Notes: generated by a model from the letters alone, not told the origin. 64,000 nucleotides of DNA from a virus (IMGVR_UViG_3300021431_000076:160001-224000); one strand, 5' to 3'; positions 18,017 to 28,807 are shown, counted from the first letter of the stretch. A program made the numbers and translations.

Positions 18017-21000
18017 ATGGCTTTAATGATTGATGAACTTCATCCTCTAAAGTTATATTCTGGTAATTATTTTTATAATATTCAGAAAGAGGATAGAAAG
18101 AAAGGTTCATTAGTATATCTAATGACTCCTAACAAACAATCTTCTATAAATGTAATAAATCATAAACTAGGAAAGAGAAATAATATTCTATTCCAATCTT
18201 ATTTCTTAGATAGGAATATAGATTTTGTTATAAATGGTAATCTAAGTGAGAGTAAGACTTACAATATCAATGATGAAGAAGTTATACCAGAAATAGGTAT
18301 AACTGAATCTCTTATGATAGATAATAGAAATGAAATAAGTTTAACTGAAAATGCTCTTATCTATAATGGAGAAGATTATAAAGAGAGAATCTTATTTCCA
18401 GATGATGTAGATGAGATATTATCTGAAGCATCTCAATATAAGACTAAATATGGATCTTATAATCTTACAGCTATATTTAAGAATATGCTATATAAGCATA
18501 GACTTAAAACAAATAAAGATGTATTGAAGATATATGAAGAGATAAAGAAGTCTTGTGATCTGATTAAGTTTACTTATGTAGATCCTAGATTATATAAAGG
18601 AAGAAATCTATTCTATGATTGGTCTTATTATACAGAGATATTCTTCAAGGAGAATTCGAAGTTCCAACAAGAAAGAGGATTAGACGTATTCTTCAGTTTT
18701 ATGGATAAATTTATAACTGATAGAAGATTCCCTGATTATAGTATCAAGACTATAGTTATACCAGTAAATGATTGGTGTAAAGGATTAGAAGATCCATATG
18801 ACTTCAAAAAGAATATAAATCCAATCTCTTTATTCTTTAGAAGATTTAGAATGAACTTTACTCAATTTGGTAATTGGAGTAACCATAACATTCTCTTCTT
18901 GGGAACTAATGGATTCTTTACTATGAAATTAGATAATTTTGATCCTAATAAACAACTATCTAGATTTAAGATGTGCTGTGATAAGCTTATTAGGGAAGAT
19001 TATAGCGATGCGGAGGTTGTTGATACTGATTCTAAGACTATGATGATGAGCTTTATTGCAGATAAATTAGCTCAAGGTGGTATAGAATTAGACAATATAT
19101 CTGGTGCTACTAAGCATTTCTCTAGAGAAGAGATTAAAGATATGGGAACAATGAATAATCCTACTCTAGAGAAAGATAAATCTATTAAGAAAGCTATCTT
19201 AGTACAGAAATTAGAAAAGATAGTAAATCAAGCTAAAGATACAAATGAAGTTCTTAAGAGATTTGAAGATAATGATGATAGTGAAGAAAATGAGCAATTA
19301 AAAGAACTATTATTAGATATCCAATCTGATGATGGTGTTAAGATGAATCAGGCTAGAACTGATAGAATGCAAGCTACAAGAAAAGAACTATTAAAGAAAC
19401 AGATCAATGGTAAATCTGTAGCAGATCTAATGGATCAATTCTCTAAGAATTATGATCTTAAAGAAGCAGGTGTAGAGATAGATTCTATTGATGAAACTTG
19501 GAAACATCTTAAGTTCCCTTCATTCTATTCTTCTTATACTAAAGAAGATATGGAAGCAGATATAGTTGCTGTATTTAAACACTATACAACTGTAACTCAT
19601 CCAATGAATATCTTAGATATCAATGTAGAGAATACTTCTACTGCTGAAGATTATGTGAATACTTGGACTGTTAAGTATGAAGATGCTGAAACAGGTAAAA
19701 GATATACAATGGTAGTAGATATGCCTAGATTGATTGATAATCGTTTCATGATGTTAAGAGGTAATGAGAAGGTATTGATTTCTCAATTCATGCTTATGCC
19801 TATTATCAAAACATCAGAATTTGAATGCCAGATGGTGTCTAACTATAACAAGATATTCATTAGAAGAAAATCTCCTACAGGTAATGGTAAATCTACTGTT
19901 ATTATCAATAAACTTATGAGAGTTTTACTTAAATATGATGGAACTGATTTCAAAGTAAATACTGGTGATAATAGAAAAGTAGCATCTAGATATGAACTAC
20001 CAATAGATTTTATTGATATGACTACTACCTTTGATTCTATCCAATTTAATGATGGTTCTTATATCTCTTTCAATATGAAGACTCTATCAGAAATTCCAAT
20101 AGATAGAACTCTATTAGGAAATACTAAACTTACTGATGAAGAATTAAACCGTAAATATATGGCTATCTATGTAAATAAGAATGGTAAAAGAGTTCCTATA
20201 TCAGAGGAATCCTGTGATCATTTTATTTTAAGAACTATTCAAAAGTATGATAAATCAGGAAGATTCCAAGAATTATATGACGTATCTTCTGTATCTAAGA
20301 AGCTTATGTATGCTGAAGCATCTATCTTGGGTATCAAAATACCAGTAATAGTATTGCTTTCATATAATATAGGATTGCAAAAAGTATTATCTCGTCATAA
20401 TATCGAGTACGAATTCACTGAGAAGAGACCATCTAAAGATCAGTTCTATATCAAATTCTCTGATGGATATTTAGTATATGAACCTAAATCTGAAGCAGAT
20501 AATCTATTAATAAATGGATTAATGCAATTTGATACATCTGAATATTCTATATCTGATATAAATTCTAAAGACATGTGGATTTCAGTATTAGATGAATTTG
20601 GTGGTAGAATTAAAGCAGATGGTTTAGATAACTTCTATGACCTCTTTATGGATCCTATTACTACAGAGATTTGTAGACTTACTAATCTACCAACTGATTA
20701 TGTAGGAGCTATGCTATATGCCAATGATCTATTGATAGATAATAAGTACAATCGTCATACTGATATTACTGGTAATAGATTAAGAACTAATGAGATTATA
20801 GTAGGTCACTTATATCTAGTAACTTCAAGAGCATTTGGTGATTATAGAAAGACTATTAAGAAGAATCCAAATCTAGCTCAGTTTACAGTAAAGAAATCTG
20901 CTGTAATTGATTCTATCTTAACTCACGATCAGACTTCTTCAGACTTATCTACATTGACTCCACTTCTAGAATCTGAATCTGGTGGTAAAGTAACATTTAA

Positions 21001-22483
21001 AGGTCTATCAGGTATGAACTCAGAAAGAGCATTCTCTGTAGATAAGAGAACTTATGATAAGTCTATGCTAGGTATAGTAGGTATTTCTACTGGTTTTGCT
21101 ACAACTGTAGGTGTTAATAGACAGCTTACCATAGATGCTAATATTAGAAATAAGAGAGGATTTGTTGGTAATACAGAAGCAAAGAATCTGAACAGTACTA
21201 ATGGATTCTCTATGTTTGAAGCATTATCTCCAATGGCTATTAATCATGATGACCCATTCCGTACAGCAATGGCATATACACAAACTGGTCAACATCAGAT
21301 GACTACTAGAAAATCTATGCCTAACTTAGTAACTACAGGAGCAGATCAGGCTATAGCTTATCTTACTTCTAATAAATTTGCTTATAAATTTAGAGGAAAT
21401 AGAGGTATAGTTAAAGAGATTAACAATGATTATATGATTATTCAAGATCTAGATACTAAAGAATGTGAATTTGTTGATCTTAGAGAAACAATTAGAAAGA
21501 ATTCTGATGGTGGTTTCTATCTTACTACTAAACTTACAGCTACAGAAGGATTGAAGAAAGGATCTAAACTAAAACAAAATGAGATAGTAGCATACGATAG
21601 AAAGAACTATTCTAAATCTGTTGGTACTACTGGAGATCCTCATGATATTTCTTATAATATTGGTACTCTTGCTAAAGTAGCTATCATGAATACAGATATG
21701 GCATTCGAAGACTCTTGTGTAGTAGATGAATATGTATCTGATGCATTGACTACCAATCTATGCTATATGAAAGATATCAATCTAAATAAACTTTCTAACG
21801 TATATAATCTAGTAAAACCAGGAGATAAAGTAGAAGCAGATGATAGTCTATTAGTATTCCAAGATTCATTTGATGAAGAAGAAGCAAATGAACTATTAAG
21901 AAATATCTCTATGGATCAAGAATTCATTTCAGATATTGGCAGAAAACATATCAGATCTAAAACATCTGGTGTGGTACAAGATGTAAAGATATATAGAACT
22001 TGTGAGATATCTGAACTCTCTCCCACATTACAAAAGATTTGTAAAGAACATGATGCTAGAATCAATAAACTTAAGAAAGCTATGAGAGATAATAAGATAG
22101 AAAGAGAATATACTCTTGAACCTACTAAAAAATTAGAAGCATCTGGTAAACTAAAAGGTTTAGAAGGTGTAAGAATAGAGATCTATGTAAAAGCAGTAGA
22201 TAAGTTTGGTATAGGTGATAAACTTGTATTCTATCAAGCTCTAAAAGGTGTATGTTCTTATACTATTCCTAAAGAAGTATCTGGTTATACAGATTATAGA
22301 CCTAATGAGAAAGTAGGAGCTTATCTATCTCAGATTGGTACATTCAAACGTATGGTTCCTTCTTGTTATCTATTAGGATTCACTAATAAACTATTAGTAG
22401 AACTTACTAGACAATGCCAAGAAGAACTAGGAATTAAATGGAGACCAATACAAGAAATAATGGAAGATGAACCAGAAGAATAA
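18017..22483 (+). CDS. rpoB: Phage multisubunit RNA polymerase beta-like subunit (large part of a split beta; probably virion RNAP, phiKZ gp178-like)
   Basis: Beta motifs KVTFKGLSG, HDDPFRTAMAYTQ (cf. HDDANRALMGSNMQ), AFEDSCVV, GDKL..ALKGV, KRMVP. Long phage-specific N-terminus. Ends before the bacterial C-terminal GQRFGEME region. Confidence 0.85.
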   Translation: MALMIDELHPLKLYSGNYFYNIQKEDRKKGSLVYLMTPNKQSSINVINHKLGKRNNILFQSYFLDRNIDFVINGNLSESKTYNINDEEVIPEIGITESLMIDNRNEISLTENALIYNGEDYKERILFPDDVDEILSEASQYKTKYGSYNLTAIFKNMLYKHRLKTNKDVLKIYEEIKKSCDLIKFTYVDPRLYKGRNLFYDWSYYTEIFFKENSKFQQERGLDVFFSFMDKFITDRRFPDYSIKTIVIPVNDWCKGLEDPYDFKKNINPISLFFRRFRMNFTQFGNWSNHNILFLGTNGFFTMKLDNFDPNKQLSRFKMCCDKLIREDYSDAEVVDTDSKTMMMSFIADKLAQGGIELDNISGATKHFSREEIKDMGTMNNPTLEKDKSIKKAILVQKLEKIVNQAKDTNEVLKRFEDNDDSEENEQLKELLLDIQSDDGVKMNQARTDRMQATRKELLKKQINGKSVADLMDQFSKNYDLKEAGVEIDSIDETWKHLKFPSFYSSYTKEDMEADIVAVFKHYTTVTHPMNILDINVENTSTAEDYVNTWTVKYEDAETGKRYTMVVDMPRLIDNRFMMLRGNEKVLISQFMLMPIIKTSEFECQMVSNYNKIFIRRKSPTGNGKSTVIINKLMRVLLKYDGTDFKVNTGDNRKVASRYELPIDFIDMTTTFDSIQFNDGSYISFNMKTLSEIPIDRTLLGNTKLTDEELNRKYMAIYVNKNGKRVPISEESCDHFILRTIQKYDKSGRFQELYDVSSVSKKLMYAEASILGIKIPVIVLLSYNIGLQKVLSRHNIEYEFTEKRPSKDQFYIKFSDGYLVYEPKSEADNLLINGLMQFDTSEYSISDINSKDMWISVLDEFGGRIKADGLDNFYDLFMDPITTEICRLTNLPTDYVGAMLYANDLLIDNKYNRHTDITGNRLRTNEIIVGHLYLVTSRAFGDYRKTIKKNPNLAQFTVKKSAVIDSILTHDQTSSDLSTLTPLLESESGGKVTFKGLSGMNSERAFSVDKRTYDKSMLGIVGISTGFATTVGVNRQLTIDANIRNKRGFVGNTEAKNLNSTNGFSMFEALSPMAINHDDPFRTAMAYTQTGQHQMTTRKSMPNLVTTGADQAIAYLTSNKFAYKFRGNRGIVKEINNDYMIIQDLDTKECEFVDLRETIRKNSDGGFYLTTKLTATEGLKKGSKLKQNEIVAYDRKNYSKSVGTTGDPHDISYNIGTLAKVAIMNTDMAFEDSCVVDEYVSDALTTNLCYMKDINLNKLSNVYNLVKPGDKVEADDSLLVFQDSFDEEEANELLRNISMDQEFISDIGRKHIRSKTSGVVQDVKIYRTCEISELSPTLQKICKEHDARINKLKKAMRDNKIEREYTLEPTKKLEASGKLKGLEGVRIEIYVKAVDKFGIGDKLVFYQALKGVCSYTIPKEVSGYTDYRPNEKVGAYLSQIGTFKRMVPSCYLLGFTNKLLVELTRQCQEELGIKWRPIQEIMEDEPEE

Positions 22484-22490
22484 AACAAAA

Positions 22491-22637
22491 ATACCAGTAG
22501 GAAACTCCTACTGGTATATTCTTTATTGAATAATTATTTTAAGACTTTTAGATAAGTTGTAATAAATAGAAGAAAGGAAGGAATCACATGAGCGTATTTA
22601 ATCCCGAAGATAAGATTACCTGGAATGAATTAGCTCC
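22491..22637 (+). repeat. Copy 1 of a ~150-bp duplicated module: terminator + late promoter + RBS + first ~17 codons
   Basis: Near-identical to 27891-28039 (ataccagtagg..cctactggtat..aagacttttagataagttgtaataaatagaagaaaggaaggaatcacATGagcgtatttaatcccgaagataagattac). Confidence 0.9.
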
Positions 22638-25600
22638 TTCATTACAGCAAAAGATAATAACGCTTATAAAAGATACTGTTAGTGATGATCTTAAAGATAG
22701 AAACAGCAAGATCTATAAAGCATTAATAGAAACTCTTGTTGCTAGTATTTATACTAATCCTAATACAGATTTAAGAAATGCTATTAGAAAAGCTATCAAA
22801 CAAGATTTATTAGATAGAAATACCATTGTCTACACAGCATTGATTGATACTTTAGTAGCTAGTATCTATACTAATCCTAATTCAGATTTAAGAAATGCTA
22901 TTAGAAATGCTATCAAACAAGATTTATTAGATAGAAATACCATTGTCTACACAGCATTGATTGAAACCCTTGTTTCTAGTATTTACGATAATCCTAATGC
23001 AGATTTGCGTAATGCTATTAGAAAAGCTATCAAACAAGACTTATTAGATAGAAATACCATTGTCTACACAGCATTGATTGATACTTTAGTAGCTAGTATC
23101 TATACTAATCCTAATTCAGATTTAAGAAATGCTATTAGAAATGCTATAAAGCAAGATTTGCTTGATAGAAATACTATAGTATATACAGCATTGATTGAAA
23201 CTTTAGTAGCCAGCCTAAATCTAAGTACTCCTAATAATGCGTTAATAACGGCAGTTAGAAATCTTTTAATAGCAGATCTTGGAAATAAATCAAGTGATGT
23301 GTATAACGCATTAATTAATACACTAGTAAGTACTATCAACGATACTGGTAGTAATACATTTAAAACTACTCTTCTTAACTATATATCTAAATGTATCAAA
23401 GATTCTATTAATGACCCCAATTCTGAGTTATATAAAAATTTAAAAGATTTTATATCTAAGGCTATCAAAGATGCAGTAGCTGATACTTCATCAGAATTAT
23501 ATAAAAATTTAAGAGAGCTTATAAGCAAAACTGTAAAAGAAGCCATCAATGATTCTAATTCAGATTTACATAAAAATCTTAAAGACTTTATAACCAAAGC
23601 TATAGATGAAGCTATAAATGATACATCTTCTGCATTGTATGAAAAACTCAAAAAACTTATAAGCACAACGATTAAGCAAGCTACTTCAGATTCATCATCT
23701 GAGTTATATAAGAATTTAAGAGATTTTATTTCTAAAGCAGTAAAAGATGCTGTAGCTGATACATCATCTGAACTATATAAAAATTTAAGAGAGCTTATAA
23801 GTAAAACTGTAAAAGAGTCTATTAGCGATTCCAATTCAGATTTACATAAAAACCTTAAAGACTTCATAACTAAAGCTGTGGATGAAGCTATAAATGATAC
23901 ATCTTCTGCATTATACGAAAGACTCAAAAAATTAATTAGCACAACAATCAAACAATCTACAACAGATCCATCATCTGAGTTATATAAAAATTTAAGAGAT
24001 TTTATATCTCAAACTGTAGAAGATGCAATGAAAGATACATCATCTGATTTATATGAAAATTTAAGAGCATTTATTGCTAAAACTATAAAAGAGGCTATTG
24101 ATGGTACTGATAAATCTAGTGGATTATTTGAAGTGATTAGAACATTGACTTTCAATAATTTACCACCTAAAGTTGGATTCCTTGATGATACAAAAGTTAA
24201 TCTTCAAGGCGTATATAATATGTCTTATATGGGTGGTATGGCCGGCCCATATTTTATATCAGATGCTGAAGGTCGTGAATGTTTATTTGCTGTTGCATCT
24301 GGTAACTCGTATGCTGATAGTGATCCTAAACCAAGTATGATAAATAGACCTGGTGTATATCGTGCTACTCGTATGACTACAGTAGAAGATTTTGTATGGG
24401 AAAATAATGCTGTGCGTCCTGAATTTATCAAAAATATGTCTGGATATATACAAAGTAGCAATGGTCCAACATTTGATAATATTCGTGCAACTTCTATTTG
24501 GGGTTTATCATCTGATTGGATAGGCCTTACAGTTACATGGCATAATAGTACTACTGCAGAAACTACATCTGCTAAATATTATTTGGTGTTTACAAATGGT
24601 TCTGGATCTCCACAAAATTGGGGTAATGCTAAACAGGGTTATGTTGATATGACTCCTTATACTAGTGGTGGAAATGATATATCTGGTTTGGCTAGAATTG
24701 AATTGACTACAGGAGAAGTATATTATATCATCCCAAAAGTTACAAATGTTGGTGTAGCTACAATAGATCCGCATAATGGAGAATCTATAACTGACTATCA
24801 AAATACTTTATATTTTGGCATTTATAAAGCTACGGAAAATAGAGTTACTGATCATACTGTTACTCTAACAAAAGTTAGAGAAGATAATGTTGGTCATTCT
24901 GGATGGGATTTTATGACCAGTGGTTCTATATATGATAATAGTTCTTCTAAATCTTCATATAATACTCTAGGCAATCCTAGATTAGTTTATATTAAACATA
25001 TGAAATGTTTATTACTTGTTGCACGTTCAAATTGCAGAGGATATTTTTATAATAACTCTAACCAACGAGTTGTAAATTTCCATTCAGGATATGTTCATTA
25101 TCATCATGGATTGATAGATATTTCAAATACTGATTCAGCTTTAAAATCAGCAACATCTAACTTTTTTGGAATCAAAACCAATTGGACTGCATTTCATTTA
25201 GGTTATGAATATAATATGTTTAGATATAACACACCTAGATCATGGCAAATTCCAACACCAAATATGACATATGATGAATTAAAAAGAACAGTTTCTGCTG
25301 TACTGCATGAATATAATCAATGGGGAGGAGGATATCCATCCAGATCTAGACTAACAATATTTGGGCTAAATTCTGATAATGCTCAATCTCAATTTATAAA
25401 TTATATGAAAAGCACTGATATTATACCTTCTAGTTTTCCATGGAGTTTTGGTATTAATCAAACAACTTATCCAGACTTTAAAAAAGAAGTAGAATGCATG
25501 GATAAGTATATTCTTAGTGATGACACAGCTCCATGGTCTAAAACTATGAAATATTTATATATTATACACGATATATTTGTATTATACTGTGGATCTAAAA

Positions 25601-26934
25601 AACACAATGGAGATCAATGGACACATATAACTCCTACTCTTCTAAAAAATCCAGTAACAAATACTCCATACAATAAAAATGTTTTTACGTGTGACGTTGG
25701 TCAATGGCAAGTTACAAGTGGTGGATACAATTCCTCTAGTTATTCTATGGTATACACTGGAGGTGACTATTCAGAATTATATTACTATGATTATAACACT
25801 AGAGAAGTTAAGAAAAATGTTACTACTACAGTCACATTAGAAAATGGTTCAACAGTACCTACTATTCGCCCAACTGTTGATATGGAGTTATTTACAACTT
25901 TCCCAGATCATGATCCTAGAACAATTCTAGAAACTTATTATGCCTCTCAAATAAGTTCTCATGGTGTAACTATACTTGATTATCAACGAGCAAGTTCTGT
26001 ATATGGTAATTGTTCTGTATTAGGTGGAGAATTTATAGCACATGTTGGATGTTTGAGATGCAAAATACATGATAGTTCTCCTCGTGCTGTTAGTACAGTA
26101 TCCGGTCAAAATGATGATGATTTAACATTATTTTATCCAACAATAGTATTGTTTTTTAAATCTGGTTCATATAAAGTATATAATATGTATGAAATGGCTA
26201 TTAATGGTGAACAAACATCTTTAGCAGCAGCTATAAAAGCACAAATATTGGATAATATGAAAAATAAACACAATCAGAATCAAACAGGAAGCACAGGAAG
26301 TTCATATTATCTTCCATTTTTCGATCCAGCTGGATCTTTCTGTCATACTTATTATGCTGCTTCTGCTAATTCAGATTATAGCGGTCCATCAAATGGGTTA
26401 TATGACCTAAAAGATAATAAAATGTATTTAGCGAGTGAATTAATGACTACTTGGACTGGTCATGTGGCTGGATATAGTAAATCTCTTGGATATTATATGA
26501 CTAACTGTACATTTGAATATACTTGCATGTATATAGCATGCCAAAAAGACTATCTAGGTACTGAAGCTCCAAAAACTTGCACTTCAATAATAGATATGTT
26601 TAGAAATACAGGTTATTATGCTAAAAAAATGTATACTAGTGCATCCACTGGTAGAGTAGCATATTTATCTAAAACAGCTTTATATCTTGGTGGTTATTTT
26701 TCATACCTAGAACCAAAAGAATTATACCTCGAAAACGGAGATAATTATATCTATATTACTAGAGATGCAGCAAGTTATGAATTAACTGTAGATATATATG
26801 ACCATCAAATAGGTGTTCCTGGAGAATCTCAATTTAACCGTATACTTATTTCGCATATAATTGTAACAAATGGAATGATAGCAACTCAAGCAGATTATGA
26901 TATCGCATATTATTCTATGAAATCTTTAGTATAA
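22588..26934 (+). CDS. Large tail-fibre/receptor-binding-like protein (1448 aa)
   Basis: Shared N-terminal FNPEDKITWNELAPSLQ motif. 39-aa and ~22-aa helical repeats, then a long beta-rich C-terminal region. Confidence 0.65.
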   Translation: MSVFNPEDKITWNELAPSLQQKIITLIKDTVSDDLKDRNSKIYKALIETLVASIYTNPNTDLRNAIRKAIKQDLLDRNTIVYTALIDTLVASIYTNPNSDLRNAIRNAIKQDLLDRNTIVYTALIETLVSSIYDNPNADLRNAIRKAIKQDLLDRNTIVYTALIDTLVASIYTNPNSDLRNAIRNAIKQDLLDRNTIVYTALIETLVASLNLSTPNNALITAVRNLLIADLGNKSSDVYNALINTLVSTINDTGSNTFKTTLLNYISKCIKDSINDPNSELYKNLKDFISKAIKDAVADTSSELYKNLRELISKTVKEAINDSNSDLHKNLKDFITKAIDEAINDTSSALYEKLKKLISTTIKQATSDSSSELYKNLRDFISKAVKDAVADTSSELYKNLRELISKTVKESISDSNSDLHKNLKDFITKAVDEAINDTSSALYERLKKLISTTIKQSTTDPSSELYKNLRDFISQTVEDAMKDTSSDLYENLRAFIAKTIKEAIDGTDKSSGLFEVIRTLTFNNLPPKVGFLDDTKVNLQGVYNMSYMGGMAGPYFISDAEGRECLFAVASGNSYADSDPKPSMINRPGVYRATRMTTVEDFVWENNAVRPEFIKNMSGYIQSSNGPTFDNIRATSIWGLSSDWIGLTVTWHNSTTAETTSAKYYLVFTNGSGSPQNWGNAKQGYVDMTPYTSGGNDISGLARIELTTGEVYYIIPKVTNVGVATIDPHNGESITDYQNTLYFGIYKATENRVTDHTVTLTKVREDNVGHSGWDFMTSGSIYDNSSSKSSYNTLGNPRLVYIKHMKCLLLVARSNCRGYFYNNSNQRVVNFHSGYVHYHHGLIDISNTDSALKSATSNFFGIKTNWTAFHLGYEYNMFRYNTPRSWQIPTPNMTYDELKRTVSAVLHEYNQWGGGYPSRSRLTIFGLNSDNAQSQFINYMKSTDIIPSSFPWSFGINQTTYPDFKKEVECMDKYILSDDTAPWSKTMKYLYIIHDIFVLYCGSKKHNGDQWTHITPTLLKNPVTNTPYNKNVFTCDVGQWQVTSGGYNSSSYSMVYTGGDYSELYYYDYNTREVKKNVTTTVTLENGSTVPTIRPTVDMELFTTFPDHDPRTILETYYASQISSHGVTILDYQRASSVYGNCSVLGGEFIAHVGCLRCKIHDSSPRAVSTVSGQNDDDLTLFYPTIVLFFKSGSYKVYNMYEMAINGEQTSLAAAIKAQILDNMKNKHNQNQTGSTGSSYYLPFFDPAGSFCHTYYAASANSDYSGPSNGLYDLKDNKMYLASELMTTWTGHVAGYSKSLGYYMTNCTFEYTCMYIACQKDYLGTEAPKTCTSIIDMFRNTGYYAKKMYTSASTGRVAYLSKTALYLGGYFSYLEPKELYLENGDNYIYITRDAASYELTVDIYDHQIGVPGESQFNRILISHIIVTNGMIATQADYDIAYYSMKSLV
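22690..24100 (+). repeat. Coding repeats: ~5 x 117 bp (39 aa; DLLDRNTIVYTALI..LVASIYTNPNSDLRNAIR) followed by ~10 x ~66 bp (SSELYKNLRDFISKAVKDA-type)
   Basis: Visible in DNA and protein. Confidence 0.85.
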
Positions 26935-26953
26935 TATATAGGGGATATTTAAT

Positions 26954-27187
26954 ATGGTAGATTTAAAAGATGAGATATTGGAAGCATTTAAAGATATCAA
27001 TTCAGATAAAGATTATCTAACTTTCAATATACCTTTATATAAATTAAAAGAAATGTATACAATAGATGAGGATTTACTTCCAGATCCTTATCCAATAGTG
27101 ATTAAAAAAGATTATTTAGTGGACTTAATAAAAAATAAATATATAGGTCCAGCTTTAATTCAAGGATTACGCAATGGAGTTGGATAA
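26954..27187 (+). CDS. Small protein (77 aa), paralog of 27627-27887; possible fibre chaperone
   Basis: LTFNIPLYKLKE..LLPDPYPIVIKKDYLVDLIK aligns with ITLNLPKDKLLA..LLPDTIPINISMKDLLDIVK. Confidence 0.6.
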   Translation: MVDLKDEILEAFKDINSDKDYLTFNIPLYKLKEMYTIDEDLLPDPYPIVIKKDYLVDLIKNKYIGPALIQGLRNGVG

Positions 27188-27199
27188 GGAGGAATTAGT

Positions 27200-27634
27200 A
27201 TGGAATTTATTTATGTAATGGATAATGTAGATTGTTTTATGTCTATGCCTAAATACATCATTATTGATGGTAAACAAGATGAAATCAGGAATATCCTTCA
27301 TGATATATCAGATTTCCATATGTACTATAATAAGAAAGATAAGTATATATTTACTTACATTATACCAGATTTATTTCCAATAGGAGATACTATTAGAGCT
27401 GTTTCTTGTTGTGGTTTAATTGAAACTCTTGAAGTTGCTAAGATTCAAGATGAAGAGTATATTAAAGAGGTTCAAGATAATTCAGTAAAAAACTATCAGA
27501 ATAGAGTAGATGAACATACTATGTTTACAGATATGCTCTATTCTATTCTTACAACAAATCAACAACTGGTCCATACTGGAACTCCAGATGGGCATGGTAA
27601 TATTATTGTGGATGGAGGATCTATAAATGTCTAA
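27200..27634 (+). CDS. Hypothetical protein (144 aa), possible fibre-associated factor
   Basis: AAGGAGG RBS; located after a fibre gene. Confidence 0.6.
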   Translation: MEFIYVMDNVDCFMSMPKYIIIDGKQDEIRNILHDISDFHMYYNKKDKYIFTYIIPDLFPIGDTIRAVSCCGLIETLEVAKIQDEEYIKEVQDNSVKNYQNRVDEHTMFTDMLYSILTTNQQLVHTGTPDGHGNIIVDGGSINV

Positions 27635-27887
27635 TACTATTTCTCTTGAAAAAGAACTGTTAACTGCTTTAGCTAATAAGAAACCAGAGGAAGATAAAAT
27701 TACTCTAAATCTTCCAAAAGATAAATTATTAGCTTTAACTAAAGATGCTTTTAAAGATTTGGAACCAGAACTTTTGCCAGATACGATTCCTATCAATATC
27801 TCTATGAAAGATTTGTTAGATATAGTAAAAAAAGAAAATCCTGATTTTCTTAAAGATCTTGTTATAGATCTTCAACTCAACAAATAA
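27627..27887 (+). CDS. Small protein (86 aa), paralog of 26954-27187
   Basis: GGAGG RBS; sequence similarity to the 77-aa ORF. Confidence 0.6.
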   Translation: MSNTISLEKELLTALANKKPEEDKITLNLPKDKLLALTKDAFKDLEPELLPDTIPINISMKDLLDIVKKENPDFLKDLVIDLQLNK

Positions 27888-27890
27888 AAT

Positions 27891-28039
27891 ATACCAGTAG
27901 GGATAAATTCCCTACTGGTATATTTTATTGAATAATTGCTTTAAGACTTTTAGATAAGTTGTAATAAATAGAAGAAAGGAAGGAATCACATGAGCGTATT
28001 TAATCCCGAAGATAAGATTACTTTGGATGAATTAGCTCC
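27891..28039 (+). repeat. Copy 2 of the terminator/promoter/RBS/N-terminus module
   Basis: Near-identical to 22491-22637. Confidence 0.9.
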
Positions 28040-28799
28040 GTCACTTCAAGGATTACTTAAAGACTTACAGACTCAGATTACTAGTGAAACTAATGCTCGT
28101 ATTGCAGCAGATAATCAAATTAAATCAGATCTAAATGATATTAATACTAATCTTACTAATAAGATTACTAGTGAAACTAATGCTCGTATTGCAGCAGATA
28201 ATCAAATTAAAAGTGATTTGAATACATTAAATACTGACCTTACAAATAAAATTACTAGTGAAACTAATGCTCGTATTGCAGCAGATAATCAAATTAAATC
28301 AGATCTAAATGATCTTAATACTAATCTTACTAATAAGATTACTAGTGAGATTACTAATGAAGCTAATGCTCGTATTGCAGCAGATAATCAAATTAAAAGT
28401 GATTTGAATACATTAAATACTAATCTTACAAATAAAATTACTAGTGAGATTACTAATGAAGCTAATGCTCGTATTGCAGCAGATAATCAACTTAGAAATG
28501 ATTTAGATGCTCTTAATACTAATCTTACTAGTGAAACTAATGCTCGTATTGCAGCAGATAATCAAATTAAATCAGATCTAAATGATCTTAATACTAATCT
28601 TACTAATAAGATTACTAGTGAAACTAATGCTCGTATTGCAGCAGATAATCAACTTAGAAATGATTTAGATGCATTAAATACTACTCTTACTAATCTTTTA
28701 AATACTAAAGTAGCACAGTTAGAAACAAAAATAAACAATCTATTTGATTCTCAAGGAAGATTAGTATTTCCTAATGGGGATAAATTCTGGATAGGGTGA
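27990..28799 (+). CDS. Coiled-coil tail-fibre-like protein (269 aa)
   Basis: Shared N-terminal motif; ~7 ITSETNARIAADNQIKSDLN repeats; C-terminal FDSQGRLVFPNGDKFWIG cap of the type seen in phage fibres. Confidence 0.7.
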   Translation: MSVFNPEDKITLDELAPSLQGLLKDLQTQITSETNARIAADNQIKSDLNDINTNLTNKITSETNARIAADNQIKSDLNTLNTDLTNKITSETNARIAADNQIKSDLNDLNTNLTNKITSEITNEANARIAADNQIKSDLNTLNTNLTNKITSEITNEANARIAADNQLRNDLDALNTNLTSETNARIAADNQIKSDLNDLNTNLTNKITSETNARIAADNQLRNDLDALNTTLTNLLNTKVAQLETKINNLFDSQGRLVFPNGDKFWIG

Positions 28800-28807
28800 T
28801 ATAAATA

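Noticed and set aside
18017-22483. Intron or intein in the RNAP gene (common in AR9-like phages)
   Set aside because: The frame is continuous and I saw no intein splice motifs or homing-endonuclease signatures.
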